A stretch of 64,000 bases of DNA, from the NCBI GenBank assembly GCA_946220865.1, contig CAMJYM010000003.1, positions 28,428-92,427 of the forward strand, read 5' to 3'. The position numbers and the translations under genes were made by a program. This stretch comes from an uncultured Clostridia bacterium. GTDB lineage: Bacteria; Bacillota; Clostridia; Saccharofermentanales; DTU023. Below are positions 28,615 through 37,083 of the stretch, piece by piece. The notes under the pieces were generated by a model that worked only from the letters and a program-made list of their open reading frames with translations, was not told the origin of the DNA and searched no databases. Within the stretch, counting starts at the first letter, position 1. Each line of letters begins with the position of its first letter.

Positions 28615-28639
28615 GCTTGCTTCCTTTCAAACGGGTGTA

Positions 28640-29737
28640 TCACCCTTTGCTGGAGTCCTGACACTGACGTCTCTGTTCTCCCATAGCTTCAAGCTCCTCG
28701 CGAATGCGGGTGAGTGACGCGCGTTCACAATCCATACGGAATAGGATCAGCTCCCCTCCCCGACGGACAAATTCCTTCAAGGCCGCATTCAGCTCCTGCT
28801 GAATAAAGCCCATATACTCCGCAGGCACCAGGATAACCTCCCTGTCCTGAATGAAGTTAAAGATATCTTTATCATGAAAAAGTTTAAGTTCAGGGTGCTG
28901 ACTCAGGTGGGCATAGTTGACACAGGCTTCCATGAGCTCACCGCCGTACGTCCGCGACAAGCTGAGAATGCCGACCTTGCGGTCTTCTGGCAACCGGGCC
29001 AGACTGATCAGACTCAGGGGACTGGCGCAGAGGCCCAGCAAAAAAAGACGCGAACGACTATCCCTGCTTGTCTCCTGGAGTTTTATGGCACGATAGACTT
29101 CCTCCGTGGCAACCACAGCATCAAAATCTTCTGTAGAAATCCGGCCTGCCAGCAGGTCATCAAAGGGATAGGCGAATAATTCAAGATCCGGCAGCGCCGA
29201 AAAGGCATTGAGCATGATCGAGCGTTCTTCCGGGCTGTTGGCCACGAGCATGATGGAGAGATCTTCGCTGTGCTCATCGCGCTCACGCAGTTTAAGTTCA
29301 AGAAAAATTTGAATTTCCCGGCGCCGGAAGCCCATTTCATTCAGCTCATCCAGCATCCGGTCGATGGCGCCCATGGCCTGCTCTTTGCGGGAAAGTTCCA
29401 CAGACCCTTTATCGGGAAGATAAGTTACAAAGCTGCCCTTGCCCTGAGTGAGGCTCACCAGACCTTGCTGCTCCAGCCGATTGTAGGCGTGCTTCACTGT
29501 ACCCCGGGACAGGCTGAGACTCGCGGCCAGTTCACGCACCGTGGGCAGACGGCTGCCATCCGGCAGTTTTTCGCTTTCGATTAACTGCCCAATACCTGTC
29601 GCCAGCTCCATATAGATGGGCTGGGATCCACTCAGCACAGAACGGGGCGGGAGCATATCCCGGATCAGGCTCAGATTTTCCTTTGGAGAAACTCGCTGCA
29701 CAGTCTTCCTCAGCTCTCCTGTTGCTCTTTCAGCCAT
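28640..29737 (-). CDS. GntR-family transcriptional regulator with a large C-terminal effector domain
   Basis: Winged-HTH signature LPTVRELAASLSLSRGTVKHAYNRLEQQGLVSLTQGKGSFV. The start may be the downstream ATG at 29656, because the annotated start overlaps the upstream gene by 28 nt. Confidence 0.8.
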   Translation of the reverse strand: MAERATGELRKTVQRVSPKENLSLIRDMLPPRSVLSGSQPIYMELATGIGQLIESEKLPDGSRLPTVRELAASLSLSRGTVKHAYNRLEQQGLVSLTQGKGSFVTYLPDKGSVELSRKEQAMGAIDRMLDELNEMGFRRREIQIFLELKLRERDEHSEDLSIMLVANSPEERSIMLNAFSALPDLELFAYPFDDLLAGRISTEDFDAVVATEEVYRAIKLQETSRDSRSRLFLLGLCASPLSLISLARLPEDRKVGILSLSRTYGGELMEACVNYAHLSQHPELKLFHDKDIFNFIQDREVILVPAEYMGFIQQELNAALKEFVRRGGELILFRMDCERASLTRIREELEAMGEQRRQCQDSSKG

Positions 29738-30273
29738 TTTTCGGGACCTTCTGCGTAAAGATTATGGCCTTCACAATCGATGAGCACGAGCAAAGGCATC
29801 TCTTCAACACGAAGTCGCCTGACCGCCTCAGCCCCAAGGTCAGGATAGGCAATGATCTCCGCTTCCTTGATGGATTTGGCCAGAAGCGCACCCGCACCGC
29901 CAACTGCACCAAGATATACGGCACCAGCCTCTTTCATCGCTGCAATGACTTCGGCATTGCGCTTGCCCTTGCCGATCATCCCGAGCTGACCCAGCTTCAG
30001 TAAAGCCGGCGCATAAGCGTCCATGCGGTAGGAGGTGGTGGGGCCGGCAGAACCGATGACATGTCCAGGGGCAGCCGGTGTCGGCCCAACATAATAGATG
30101 ACTGAACCCTCGATGGGGAAAGGCAGCTCCCCGCCCTGCTCAAGAGTCTCAACAAAGCGCTTGTGCGCGGCGTCACGCGCCGTGTAGATGGTGCCGGAAA
30201 GATAGACCCGATCGCCGCATTTCAGCTGGCGCGTCTGCTCTTTTGTCAAAGGTGCAGAAATATGATGTTCCAT
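29710..30273 (-). CDS. Fe-S hydro-lyase beta subunit (class I fumarase/tartrate dehydratase type), probable mesaconase small subunit
   Basis: 187 aa. Signature GTIYTARDAAHKR...GPTTSYRMD, typical of the FumA C-terminal / TtdB family. Context is the methylaspartate pathway. Confidence 0.8.
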   Translation of the reverse strand: MEHHISAPLTKEQTRQLKCGDRVYLSGTIYTARDAAHKRFVETLEQGGELPFPIEGSVIYYVGPTPAAPGHVIGSAGPTTSYRMDAYAPALLKLGQLGMIGKGKRNAEVIAAMKEAGAVYLGAVGGAGALLAKSIKEAEIIAYPDLGAEAVRRLRVEEMPLLVLIDCEGHNLYAEGPEKWLKEQQES

Positions 30274-31112
30274 CAGAGAACCTCCGTGACGTGGCGAGTC
30301 GCATGACAGTTGATATTCACAGCAACCGGCAAACCAGCGATATGCGTGGGCAGCACTTCGATATGGACGGCCAGGGCCGTCGTTAACCCACCGTAGCCCT
30401 GAGGACCGATGCCCAGGCGATTGATGCTTTCGAGAAGCTCCCGCTCAAGTTCAGCATAGTAAGGATCCGGATTGTGCTGACCAAGCTCTCGCAGCAGCGC
30501 TTCTTTGGCCAGCAGGCAGGACTTATCAAAGTTACCGCCGATACCCACGCCCACAACCGTCGGTGGACAGGGGTTAGGTCCGGCCTCCCGTACCGTCTCC
30601 AGAATAAAAGCTTTGACACCTTCGAGACCATCCGAAGGTTTCAGCATTTTCTGGCGGCTCATATTTTCGCTGCCAAAGCCCTTTGGCGCGACCGTCAGTT
30701 TGATTTTATCGCCGGGCACAAGTTTAAGGTAGAGCATCGCAGGCGTATTGTCGCGCGTATTCTCCCGGCGCAGCGGATCGCGTACGATGCTCTTGCGCAG
30801 ATATCCCTCCGCATAGCCCTGACGCACGCCCTCATTGACCGCTTGCTCAAGATCGCCGAGTAGATGAACCTCCTGCCCCAGCTCCACGAAAACAAGCGCC
30901 ATGCCTGTATCCTGGCACATCGGAACCTGATCGTCTTCGGCAATTTTCATGTTCTGCAGGATATCGTCCAGCGCTGCTGCTCCGATAGCTGATGTCTCGC
31001 AGGCCCGCGCTGTTTTGAGGCATTTGCGCACATCCTCAGGGAGAACTCGGTTGGCCTTTATGCACATCTCTCTGATTGGAGCCACAAGCTCACTTACTGG
31101 AAATTCTCTCAT
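30273..31112 (-). CDS. Fe-S hydro-lyase alpha subunit (class I fumarase type), probable mesaconase large subunit
   Basis: 279 aa with the motifs PMCQDTGMALVF and GVGIGGNFD of class I fumarase N-terminal domains. Confidence 0.8.
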   Translation of the reverse strand: MREFPVSELVAPIREMCIKANRVLPEDVRKCLKTARACETSAIGAAALDDILQNMKIAEDDQVPMCQDTGMALVFVELGQEVHLLGDLEQAVNEGVRQGYAEGYLRKSIVRDPLRRENTRDNTPAMLYLKLVPGDKIKLTVAPKGFGSENMSRQKMLKPSDGLEGVKAFILETVREAGPNPCPPTVVGVGIGGNFDKSCLLAKEALLRELGQHNPDPYYAELERELLESINRLGIGPQGYGGLTTALAVHIEVLPTHIAGLPVAVNINCHATRHVTEVL

Positions 31113-31271
31113 TCTTTGTCCTCCCTGTACTACCGCGATTCTCCAAACAGGGTCTTCTCCTGTCCACGGACCGGTGTTGAGCCTCTGGCGGATCAGACTG
31201 TGAAAGCTATGGCTCTGCAGGCAGAGCCCCGGCGATGTCCTTTGCGAAGCAAATTACCGTCCTTCATGCAC

Positions 31272-31318
31272 TTGTATTGATACAATATATCAATTTGTAC
31301 CACTGTGCAATAGTACAA
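31272..31318. promoter_or_regulatory. Two GT..AC-type palindromes (candidate GntR operators) upstream of the hydratase/glutamate-mutase operon
   Basis: TTGTATTGATACAA at 31272-31285 and TTGTAC-N12-GTACAA at 31295-31318. They lie 160-205 nt upstream of the operon start at 31112. Confidence 0.45.
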
Positions 31319-31356
31319 GTTATTTTTTCTTGTCCTCGCGGCAGGAGAAGACGCTC

Positions 31357-31400
31357 AAAAAAAGCGTCCGGCCTCCCATGGAAATACTGGAGCCGGACGC
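31357..31400 (-). terminator. Intrinsic terminator of htrA
   Basis: 9-bp GC-rich stem GCGTCCGGC / GCCGGACGC followed by T7 on the minus strand. Confidence 0.75.
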
Positions 31401-31459
31401 CCTTTGGCCTGAAATGGCATCAACTGGACTTCATATGGCGTTAACTTTCCGTAGCTGTT

Positions 31460-32932
31460 TTACTGCGGATCCGTTTCTGAGCTTTCAGGCAGGTCTGGAG
31501 TTTCGTCGTCGGCATTTTGTTCCGCCGGATTCTGCTCATCGGGATTTTGTTTGCCGTTCTGATGTTCTTCAGCTTTTAGCTTCATCGTGCACTCTGCTTT
31601 TTTACCGAAGCGATAGTAGACCACTTTAACCTCGTCGCCAACGTGCATCTCCTGTTTGAGCAGCTGAATGGCAGAAATCGTATCAACGCTGTGGCCGTCG
31701 ATCTCGACGACGAAGTCATTAGCCCTGAGGCCCGCTTCGTCTGCTGAACTGCCTTTCACCACATTGGTCAGCAGAACGCCCGGACGGTCCGCCAGCTTGT
31801 AATAGCGGGCGTAGTCGGAATCGAGGCCCTGGCCGCTGAAGCCGAAGAATACCCGATCCTGAACATAGCCAACTTTCATGAGGGATTCGAGTACGGGGCG
31901 GGCCACATTGGAAGGAATAGCAAAGGCAATGCCATCAAAGCTCTGACCGCCGCCATCATTATTAAGTTTAGCGGTGTTGATGCCGATGACTTCGCCAAAG
32001 CTGTTAAAGAGAGCTCCACCGGAGTTGCCGCTGTTAATGGAGGCATCCGTCTGCAGCACCTTGAGCTGCGTTCCGCCGACATTGATATCGCGTTCCAGCG
32101 CTGAAATAATCCCCGCCGTCACGCTGCCTTCGAGAATCCCTGCAGGGTTACCGATCGCCACAGCGAGTTCGCCCACAACCAGTTTTGAAGAATCTCCCCA
32201 TTTCGCGTAAGGGAACTTCTCGCCATCCTTGGCTTCAATTTTGATGACAGCAAGATCAGAAAGAGGATCCCGGCCGACAATTTTGGCATCATAAAATTTA
32301 TCGCCATCCAGGCGGACCTGAATATTCCGTCCGTTTTCGATAACGTGGTTATTTGTGGCAATATACCCGTCTTCAGAGATAAGAAAACCGGAACCTGCAA
32401 CCGGCATGGATTGTGTGAAAAAGCCGAAGTTCTGCCTTTGTTCCGTCGTAATGGCCACCACAAAAGGTTTGCCCACTTTGGCAATATCCATGATGGAGAG
32501 AGGTTCTTTGTTCTGCTCTGAACTCTTGACAGCCGCAGCATAAACCGACATGTGACGCTGATTGCGAGCAGCTTCATTCGAATAGGGTTTTTGCAGCGCT
32601 CCTTCTTCGTTGATTTTCAGCGCTTCATTTTCCCGTGCGGCAGGCTTCGCTGCCTGCTCTTGCGCCTGTTCCCGACCATTCTGGGCGAGCATCAGGCTGC
32701 GCATGCCGAAAGCTCCGATAAAGGCAAAGATCAAAGCAACACTGAGCAGGCTAGCGATAAGTCCGAGGCTGTGGCTGTGGCGCTTTTTTCTCCGGACAAG
32801 GGTGCTCGCTTTTTCCCGGTCATCCGGGACCCAGGAATAAACTCCTCCGCGGCATTCAGTCGAATAGCAAGTGGGCTCTTCGTCCTGACCGTTTGCATGA
32901 AATGAATACGATTGATAACGTTCATTTTCCAT
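31460..32932 (-). CDS. htrA: HtrA/DegP-family serine protease with a PDZ domain, membrane anchored
   Basis: Catalytic Ser motif GNSGGALFN, His region ATNNHVIE, an N-terminal TM segment and a C-terminal PDZ-like segment. Confidence 0.88.
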   Translation of the reverse strand: MENERYQSYSFHANGQDEEPTCYSTECRGGVYSWVPDDREKASTLVRRKKRHSHSLGLIASLLSVALIFAFIGAFGMRSLMLAQNGREQAQEQAAKPAARENEALKINEEGALQKPYSNEAARNQRHMSVYAAAVKSSEQNKEPLSIMDIAKVGKPFVVAITTEQRQNFGFFTQSMPVAGSGFLISEDGYIATNNHVIENGRNIQVRLDGDKFYDAKIVGRDPLSDLAVIKIEAKDGEKFPYAKWGDSSKLVVGELAVAIGNPAGILEGSVTAGIISALERDINVGGTQLKVLQTDASINSGNSGGALFNSFGEVIGINTAKLNNDGGGQSFDGIAFAIPSNVARPVLESLMKVGYVQDRVFFGFSGQGLDSDYARYYKLADRPGVLLTNVVKGSSADEAGLRANDFVVEIDGHSVDTISAIQLLKQEMHVGDEVKVVYYRFGKKAECTMKLKAEEHQNGKQNPDEQNPAEQNADDETPDLPESSETDPQ

Positions 32933-33156
32933 AGAAAAAAGCCTCCGCTTTTAAAAATATCGTTTCCTGTTGCCTGCTTGATTTCAGATGTTTCAAACAG
33001 GCTGAATGTGCTTTAGCAGCATACTCGCCACCTGAGGATCTTATCTTCCCCATAATCTGACTGCCATTTTAGCGAGTTAAGTTGAAAAGGAAAGCACAGG
33101 ATTGCGAAAGACTGCGATGGTTTTGTGAAATAATGTGAACTTTAGCGGCGGAGCGC

Positions 33157-33759
33157 TTAAAACTGAATGCGCTCGGGGTAAAAACGCCGGATAACAAAAT
33201 AATCGATCATGCGCTGCAGGCGTTTGATGAGATAAAAGTACAGCAAAGGCAGATAGATCAAGAGAAGAAGAAAAGCCAGGAGAGCGACACCGACGGTCAA
33301 AGCTGAGAAAACCACACTGGCCAGGGTAGCGGTTATTCCACCCAGGTAGCTGAAAAATTCTGCCAGACGATCAAGGAGGCTGTTCCCCACTTCGCCAAAA
33401 GTCCCTATCAAATCACCGGATTGCCCCCCACCGCGTTCAAAAAGCAGCTTCACTGGAAAGGCCCAGGCACAAAAATACTGAAGACCGTAAGCCAGCAGAA
33501 TAAGAATTTTAATGGGCAGCGGCCGCGACGGATAGCGCGCGGCGAAAAAAGGCAAAGCGAAGAGGAAAAGAAGACCTATCAGCAAATAAAGTACGGTAGG
33601 CAAAGGCAGCAGCAAATGCAGAGGCCTCGCGAAGAGGGCAAGAATTGCCGACGTTCCGGCAATAAAGCCTAAAAGCAGGTGAAATCCGACATGACTTCTA
33701 TCCTGATAATCGCTCTGAATCCACCAGGGGCCCAGAAAAGCTCCTTCCCAAAAATCCAC
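33157..33759 (-). CDS. Polytopic membrane protein, function unknown
   Basis: 200 aa with about 5 hydrophobic segments. I did not recognise a family. Confidence 0.55.
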   Translation of the reverse strand: MDFWEGAFLGPWWIQSDYQDRSHVGFHLLLGFIAGTSAILALFARPLHLLLPLPTVLYLLIGLLFLFALPFFAARYPSRPLPIKILILLAYGLQYFCAWAFPVKLLFERGGGQSGDLIGTFGEVGNSLLDRLAEFFSYLGGITATLASVVFSALTVGVALLAFLLLLIYLPLLYFYLIKRLQRMIDYFVIRRFYPERIQF

Positions 33760-33770
33760 TGGAGTCTCTC

Positions 33771-34292
33771 CTAAAACTCAAAACTGCGGCGGCCAACCCG
33801 CTCCAGCTCGCGGGTAAAAGTCTTCCAGAAGGGATCGTCTTCTTCTTCCCCGCAAAGTTCACAAAAGGGTTCTTTTTCGCCCTCAGAACCCAGACTGACA
33901 TGCCACACGGGGCGATAGTTTTCAGGACTGAGTTCTCCCTCTTCCCGCTTATTTTCAGAAATAAGAGAGAGCAGACCTTCTTTGAGCGCCAACATCTTGT
34001 CTTCGGGAACCGCCCGGACAAAATCGTTAACCCAGCGATTGCTCTCTTTCCAGATCAGGAGGTGACGGGAAAAGTCCAGACGAACCAGCAGATAACCGCG
34101 GCGAAAACGCGATAATTCACATTCAGCCCAGTCGATGCGCTTCCTTAGAGATTGTTTTTCATCCTGCACAGGCTCGGCGTCAGAAGAAGTCAACGCAGAC
34201 AAACAGGCACGAATAACCTCTGTGCTTCTCTCAAGCTGAACGGCCGCTGAACTAGCTAAACTCAATTCAAACCACCTTCCCACATCTAACAA
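33771..34292 (-). CDS. Cytoplasmic protein of unknown function (start codon uncertain)
   Basis: The frame is open for 173 codons, but the first in-frame ATG is about codon 100. A TTG or GTG start is needed, for example the TTG near 34265 behind GGAAGGTGG. Lies between whiA and a membrane protein gene on the same strand. Confidence 0.4.
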   Translation of the reverse strand: MLDVGRWFELSLASSAAVQLERSTEVIRACLSALTSSDAEPVQDEKQSLRKRIDWAECELSRFRRGYLLVRLDFSRHLLIWKESNRWVNDFVRAVPEDKMLALKEGLLSLISENKREEGELSPENYRPVWHVSLGSEGEKEPFCELCGEEEDDPFWKTFTRELERVGRRSFEF

Positions 34293-34320
34293 AATAAAGA
34301 TCGATAATGAAAACTGAGCC

Positions 34321-35268
34321 TTATTCTACCACAGTTTTGCCTCTCCTGATTTCCCCTTCAGGAGGCAAAGCCTCTGCACGGTCGAGCAGCTTTTTCAGAC
34401 GATGATTCATGCCGGATTTTCCAATCGGCGGGTCCATCAGGCGGCCCAGCTCCAGCAAAGACAGTTCGGGATGCTGGATGCGGGCCTCGGCTGCTTCTTT
34501 CAGAGCTTCGCTCAGAAGTTTATAACTGCTGTCCTGCATAAGGCGGCGAATAGCCTCCCGCTGTTGGGCCGAGCTGTCAGCCAGACGTTGAGCGTTAGCG
34601 CTGTCACAATTGACGACTCGATTCACCTGGTTGAGCACTGATTTCTCCACACGCCATTCCTCAAAGAGCAAAAGTTCCTGATCAGCCTGCGCGCGCAGAA
34701 GAAAATCGGAGATGGTCTGCGCATCTTTTCCGTAGAGCACCCAATACCCCTGGTGACACAGGCTTCTCAGGTTCAGACCAGCCGACTTGAAAAAAGTCTG
34801 AAAGAAATTGCGGGCTTTTCGGCTTTGCAGAGAAAATTCCAGATGATAAGCTTCACGCGGATCACAGAGGGCGCCACAGGCCAGAAAAACTTCGGCCAGA
34901 ACAATAGCGATATGCTGGTTACGAACGTCTTCACCCAGGCTGTTGTCAAAATAACGCCTGCCTTCTCTCGCAAAGAGATTCAGGTCTTCACGAATGCGCC
35001 GGTTGATGCTGCGCTCACTGAGGCAGAGGGTGCTTTGTTCTTTGCCCCTTTTAAATTCTGGACGAACGCCATAGAGCGTGCTGATCTGCTCCATAAGAAG
35101 TTCAACAAACTCGGCCTGGCGGCTGGCAAAACGAAGATCCTGGCCGCTGAAACGCAACGCAGCAAGTCCGGCAGCTGAAAAAGCAAGGTTCCAGAGGCTT
35201 TCCTCACTGCGAATTTTTTCAAGCAGGTGGCCACGGAGTTCGGAACTGAAAGAAGAAGCTGCTTTCAT
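34321..35268 (-). CDS. whiA: DNA-binding protein WhiA
   Basis: 315 aa with a C-terminal HTH signature GKSGMNHRLKKL and a LAGLIDADG-like body. Directly follows rapZ with an ATGA overlap. Confidence 0.85.
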   Translation of the reverse strand: MKAASSFSSELRGHLLEKIRSEESLWNLAFSAAGLAALRFSGQDLRFASRQAEFVELLMEQISTLYGVRPEFKRGKEQSTLCLSERSINRRIREDLNLFAREGRRYFDNSLGEDVRNQHIAIVLAEVFLACGALCDPREAYHLEFSLQSRKARNFFQTFFKSAGLNLRSLCHQGYWVLYGKDAQTISDFLLRAQADQELLLFEEWRVEKSVLNQVNRVVNCDSANAQRLADSSAQQREAIRRLMQDSSYKLLSEALKEAAEARIQHPELSLLELGRLMDPPIGKSGMNHRLKKLLDRAEALPPEGEIRRGKTVVE

Positions 35269-36149
35269 GAATCCCCCACGGCTTCACGTTGGATATCCCG
35301 ATGATCGACAAAGACGCGATAGCCCTCAGCAGCAATGCGTTCTCTCAGCTTTTCAGCAAAAAGCACCGAACGATGCCGCCCGCCAGTACAACCGACGGCA
35401 ATATTCAGGCGGACTTTACCCTCACGTTCATAAAAAGGCAGGAGAAAGCTCAGAAGGTCGGCCTGTTTTTTCAAATATTCGCCTGATTCAGGAAAAGAAA
35501 AAATAAAATCGTTCACCTCCTGGTCCAGGCCGGAGAGAGGGCGAAGTTCCAGCTGGTAATAGGGATTGGGAATAAAACGAACATCGAGAAGCAGATCAGA
35601 ATCGCTGGGCACGCCATACTTAAAGCCAAAACTCTGGAGCATGACAGTCAGGCGGCGCTGGCTCCCCGGACTGTGAAAGAGCTCATAGAGACGATCTCGC
35701 AATTCTGTCCGGTTCATGCCCGTCGTATCGATAATATCTGTCGCCATGGCTCTCACCGCAGCCAGATCCCTACGTTCCCTGCGAATGGCTTCGGAGAGGC
35801 TGACGTGACCAGCCAGTGGGTGATTGCGGCGGCTTTGTTTATAGCGCGAAAGAATGATCTCATCACTGGCCTCCAAATAAACGATACGAAGTCCAGGACT
35901 GCCCTCTTTCAGACTTTTCAGCGCCGGAGTGAGATGACCAAAACGCTTGACGCTGCGTGCATCCATAACCAGGGCAAAGCGTTCTTCCGACGGCTCAAGG
36001 CTGCGCGGCTTATCGCCGAGTGCGGTCAACATGGCTTTTAAAAGCTGAGGAGGCAGATTGTCGATGCAGTAAAAGCCCATGTCCTCCAGATATTGTGCTG
36101 CCGTACTCTTACCCGCACCGGAGAGCCCGCTGACTATGAGTAAATCCAT
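35265..36149 (-). CDS. rapZ: RNase adapter / nucleotide-binding protein RapZ (YvcJ)
   Basis: MDLLIVSGLSGAGKSTAAQYLEDMGFYCIDNLP from ATG 36149 (GGGAGA Shine-Dalgarno). Has the C-terminal GCTGGRHRSV motif. Confidence 0.88.
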   Translation of the reverse strand: MDLLIVSGLSGAGKSTAAQYLEDMGFYCIDNLPPQLLKAMLTALGDKPRSLEPSEERFALVMDARSVKRFGHLTPALKSLKEGSPGLRIVYLEASDEIILSRYKQSRRNHPLAGHVSLSEAIRRERRDLAAVRAMATDIIDTTGMNRTELRDRLYELFHSPGSQRRLTVMLQSFGFKYGVPSDSDLLLDVRFIPNPYYQLELRPLSGLDQEVNDFIFSFPESGEYLKKQADLLSFLLPFYEREGKVRLNIAVGCTGGRHRSVLFAEKLRERIAAEGYRVFVDHRDIQREAVGDS

Positions 36150-36150
36150 C

Positions 36151-37083
36151 TCAGTTCTCCCACTCCCCAAGGAAGCGTACCTCTGCTTCGAGCTGCACGC
36201 CGCTTTGTGCGAGAACGTCCCTCTTCACGGCTTCAAAAACAGCCTTTATCTCAGTCGCAGTGGCCTCTCCGTGGTTCACAATAAAACCGGCATGCTTCGC
36301 GGAAACGCCCGCCGGTCCCAGGGATTTTCCCTTCCAGCCGGCTTCTGAAATAAGTTGTCCGGCAAAATGACCTTCCGGTCGTTTGAAGGAAGAACCCGCA
36401 CTCTTTTCATTCAGCGGCTGACTTTGCCGCCTCCGCGCCTGAAATTCAGCAATGCGGGAGTAGATCTCCCGGGAATCTCCCGGGGTCAGACGAAAACTGG
36501 CTGCCAGAACAATCGCCTTGTGATCGCTGAAATAGCTGTGGCGATAGCCAAAATCCAGTTCCTCCGGGGAGGCTTCGCGCACTTGCCCATCTTCATCGAA
36601 AAAAGTGACCAGGCTGAGCTGATCAGAGAGCGTTCCACCATAGGCCCCGGCATTCATGCTCACGGCCCCGCCGAGCGAGCCGGGGATACCACAGCAAAAT
36701 TCCAGGCCGCTGAGGCTGTGACGGGCAGACGCAGCTGAAAGCTGAAAGAGACGCAGGGCAGCTTGCGCACGCAGGCCATCTTTGTTGACTTCCAGAGCGG
36801 CAGGTTCTTCGTCCAGAAGCAGAACAGCGCCTCGAATACCTTTATCCGCAATCAGGACATTGCTTCCCGCCCCCAGAACCGTGAAGGGGAAACGCTCTTG
36901 ATGGAGCCGTTCAAGCGCCCGGCGCAGGGCGTCTTCACTTTTGACCCGGATGAGCAGATCCGCCGGACCGCCGACGGCAAAGGTCGTAAAAGGGGCCAGA
37001 TTCGCCTGCAGGCGGCAATCACAGCCCGGTATTTGCATCAGAGCTTCGTTCATCTCCAAGGCCCACTGCTGATCTTGCCTCAT
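36151..37083 (-). CDS. murB: UDP-N-acetylenolpyruvoylglucosamine reductase
   Basis: FAD-binding motifs FAVGGPADLL and GAGSNVLI, plus the C-terminal motif SAGSSFKRPEGHFAGQLI. Confidence 0.9.
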   Translation of the reverse strand: MRQDQQWALEMNEALMQIPGCDCRLQANLAPFTTFAVGGPADLLIRVKSEDALRRALERLHQERFPFTVLGAGSNVLIADKGIRGAVLLLDEEPAALEVNKDGLRAQAALRLFQLSAASARHSLSGLEFCCGIPGSLGGAVSMNAGAYGGTLSDQLSLVTFFDEDGQVREASPEELDFGYRHSYFSDHKAIVLAASFRLTPGDSREIYSRIAEFQARRRQSQPLNEKSAGSSFKRPEGHFAGQLISEAGWKGKSLGPAGVSAKHAGFIVNHGEATATEIKAVFEAVKRDVLAQSGVQLEAEVRFLGEWEN

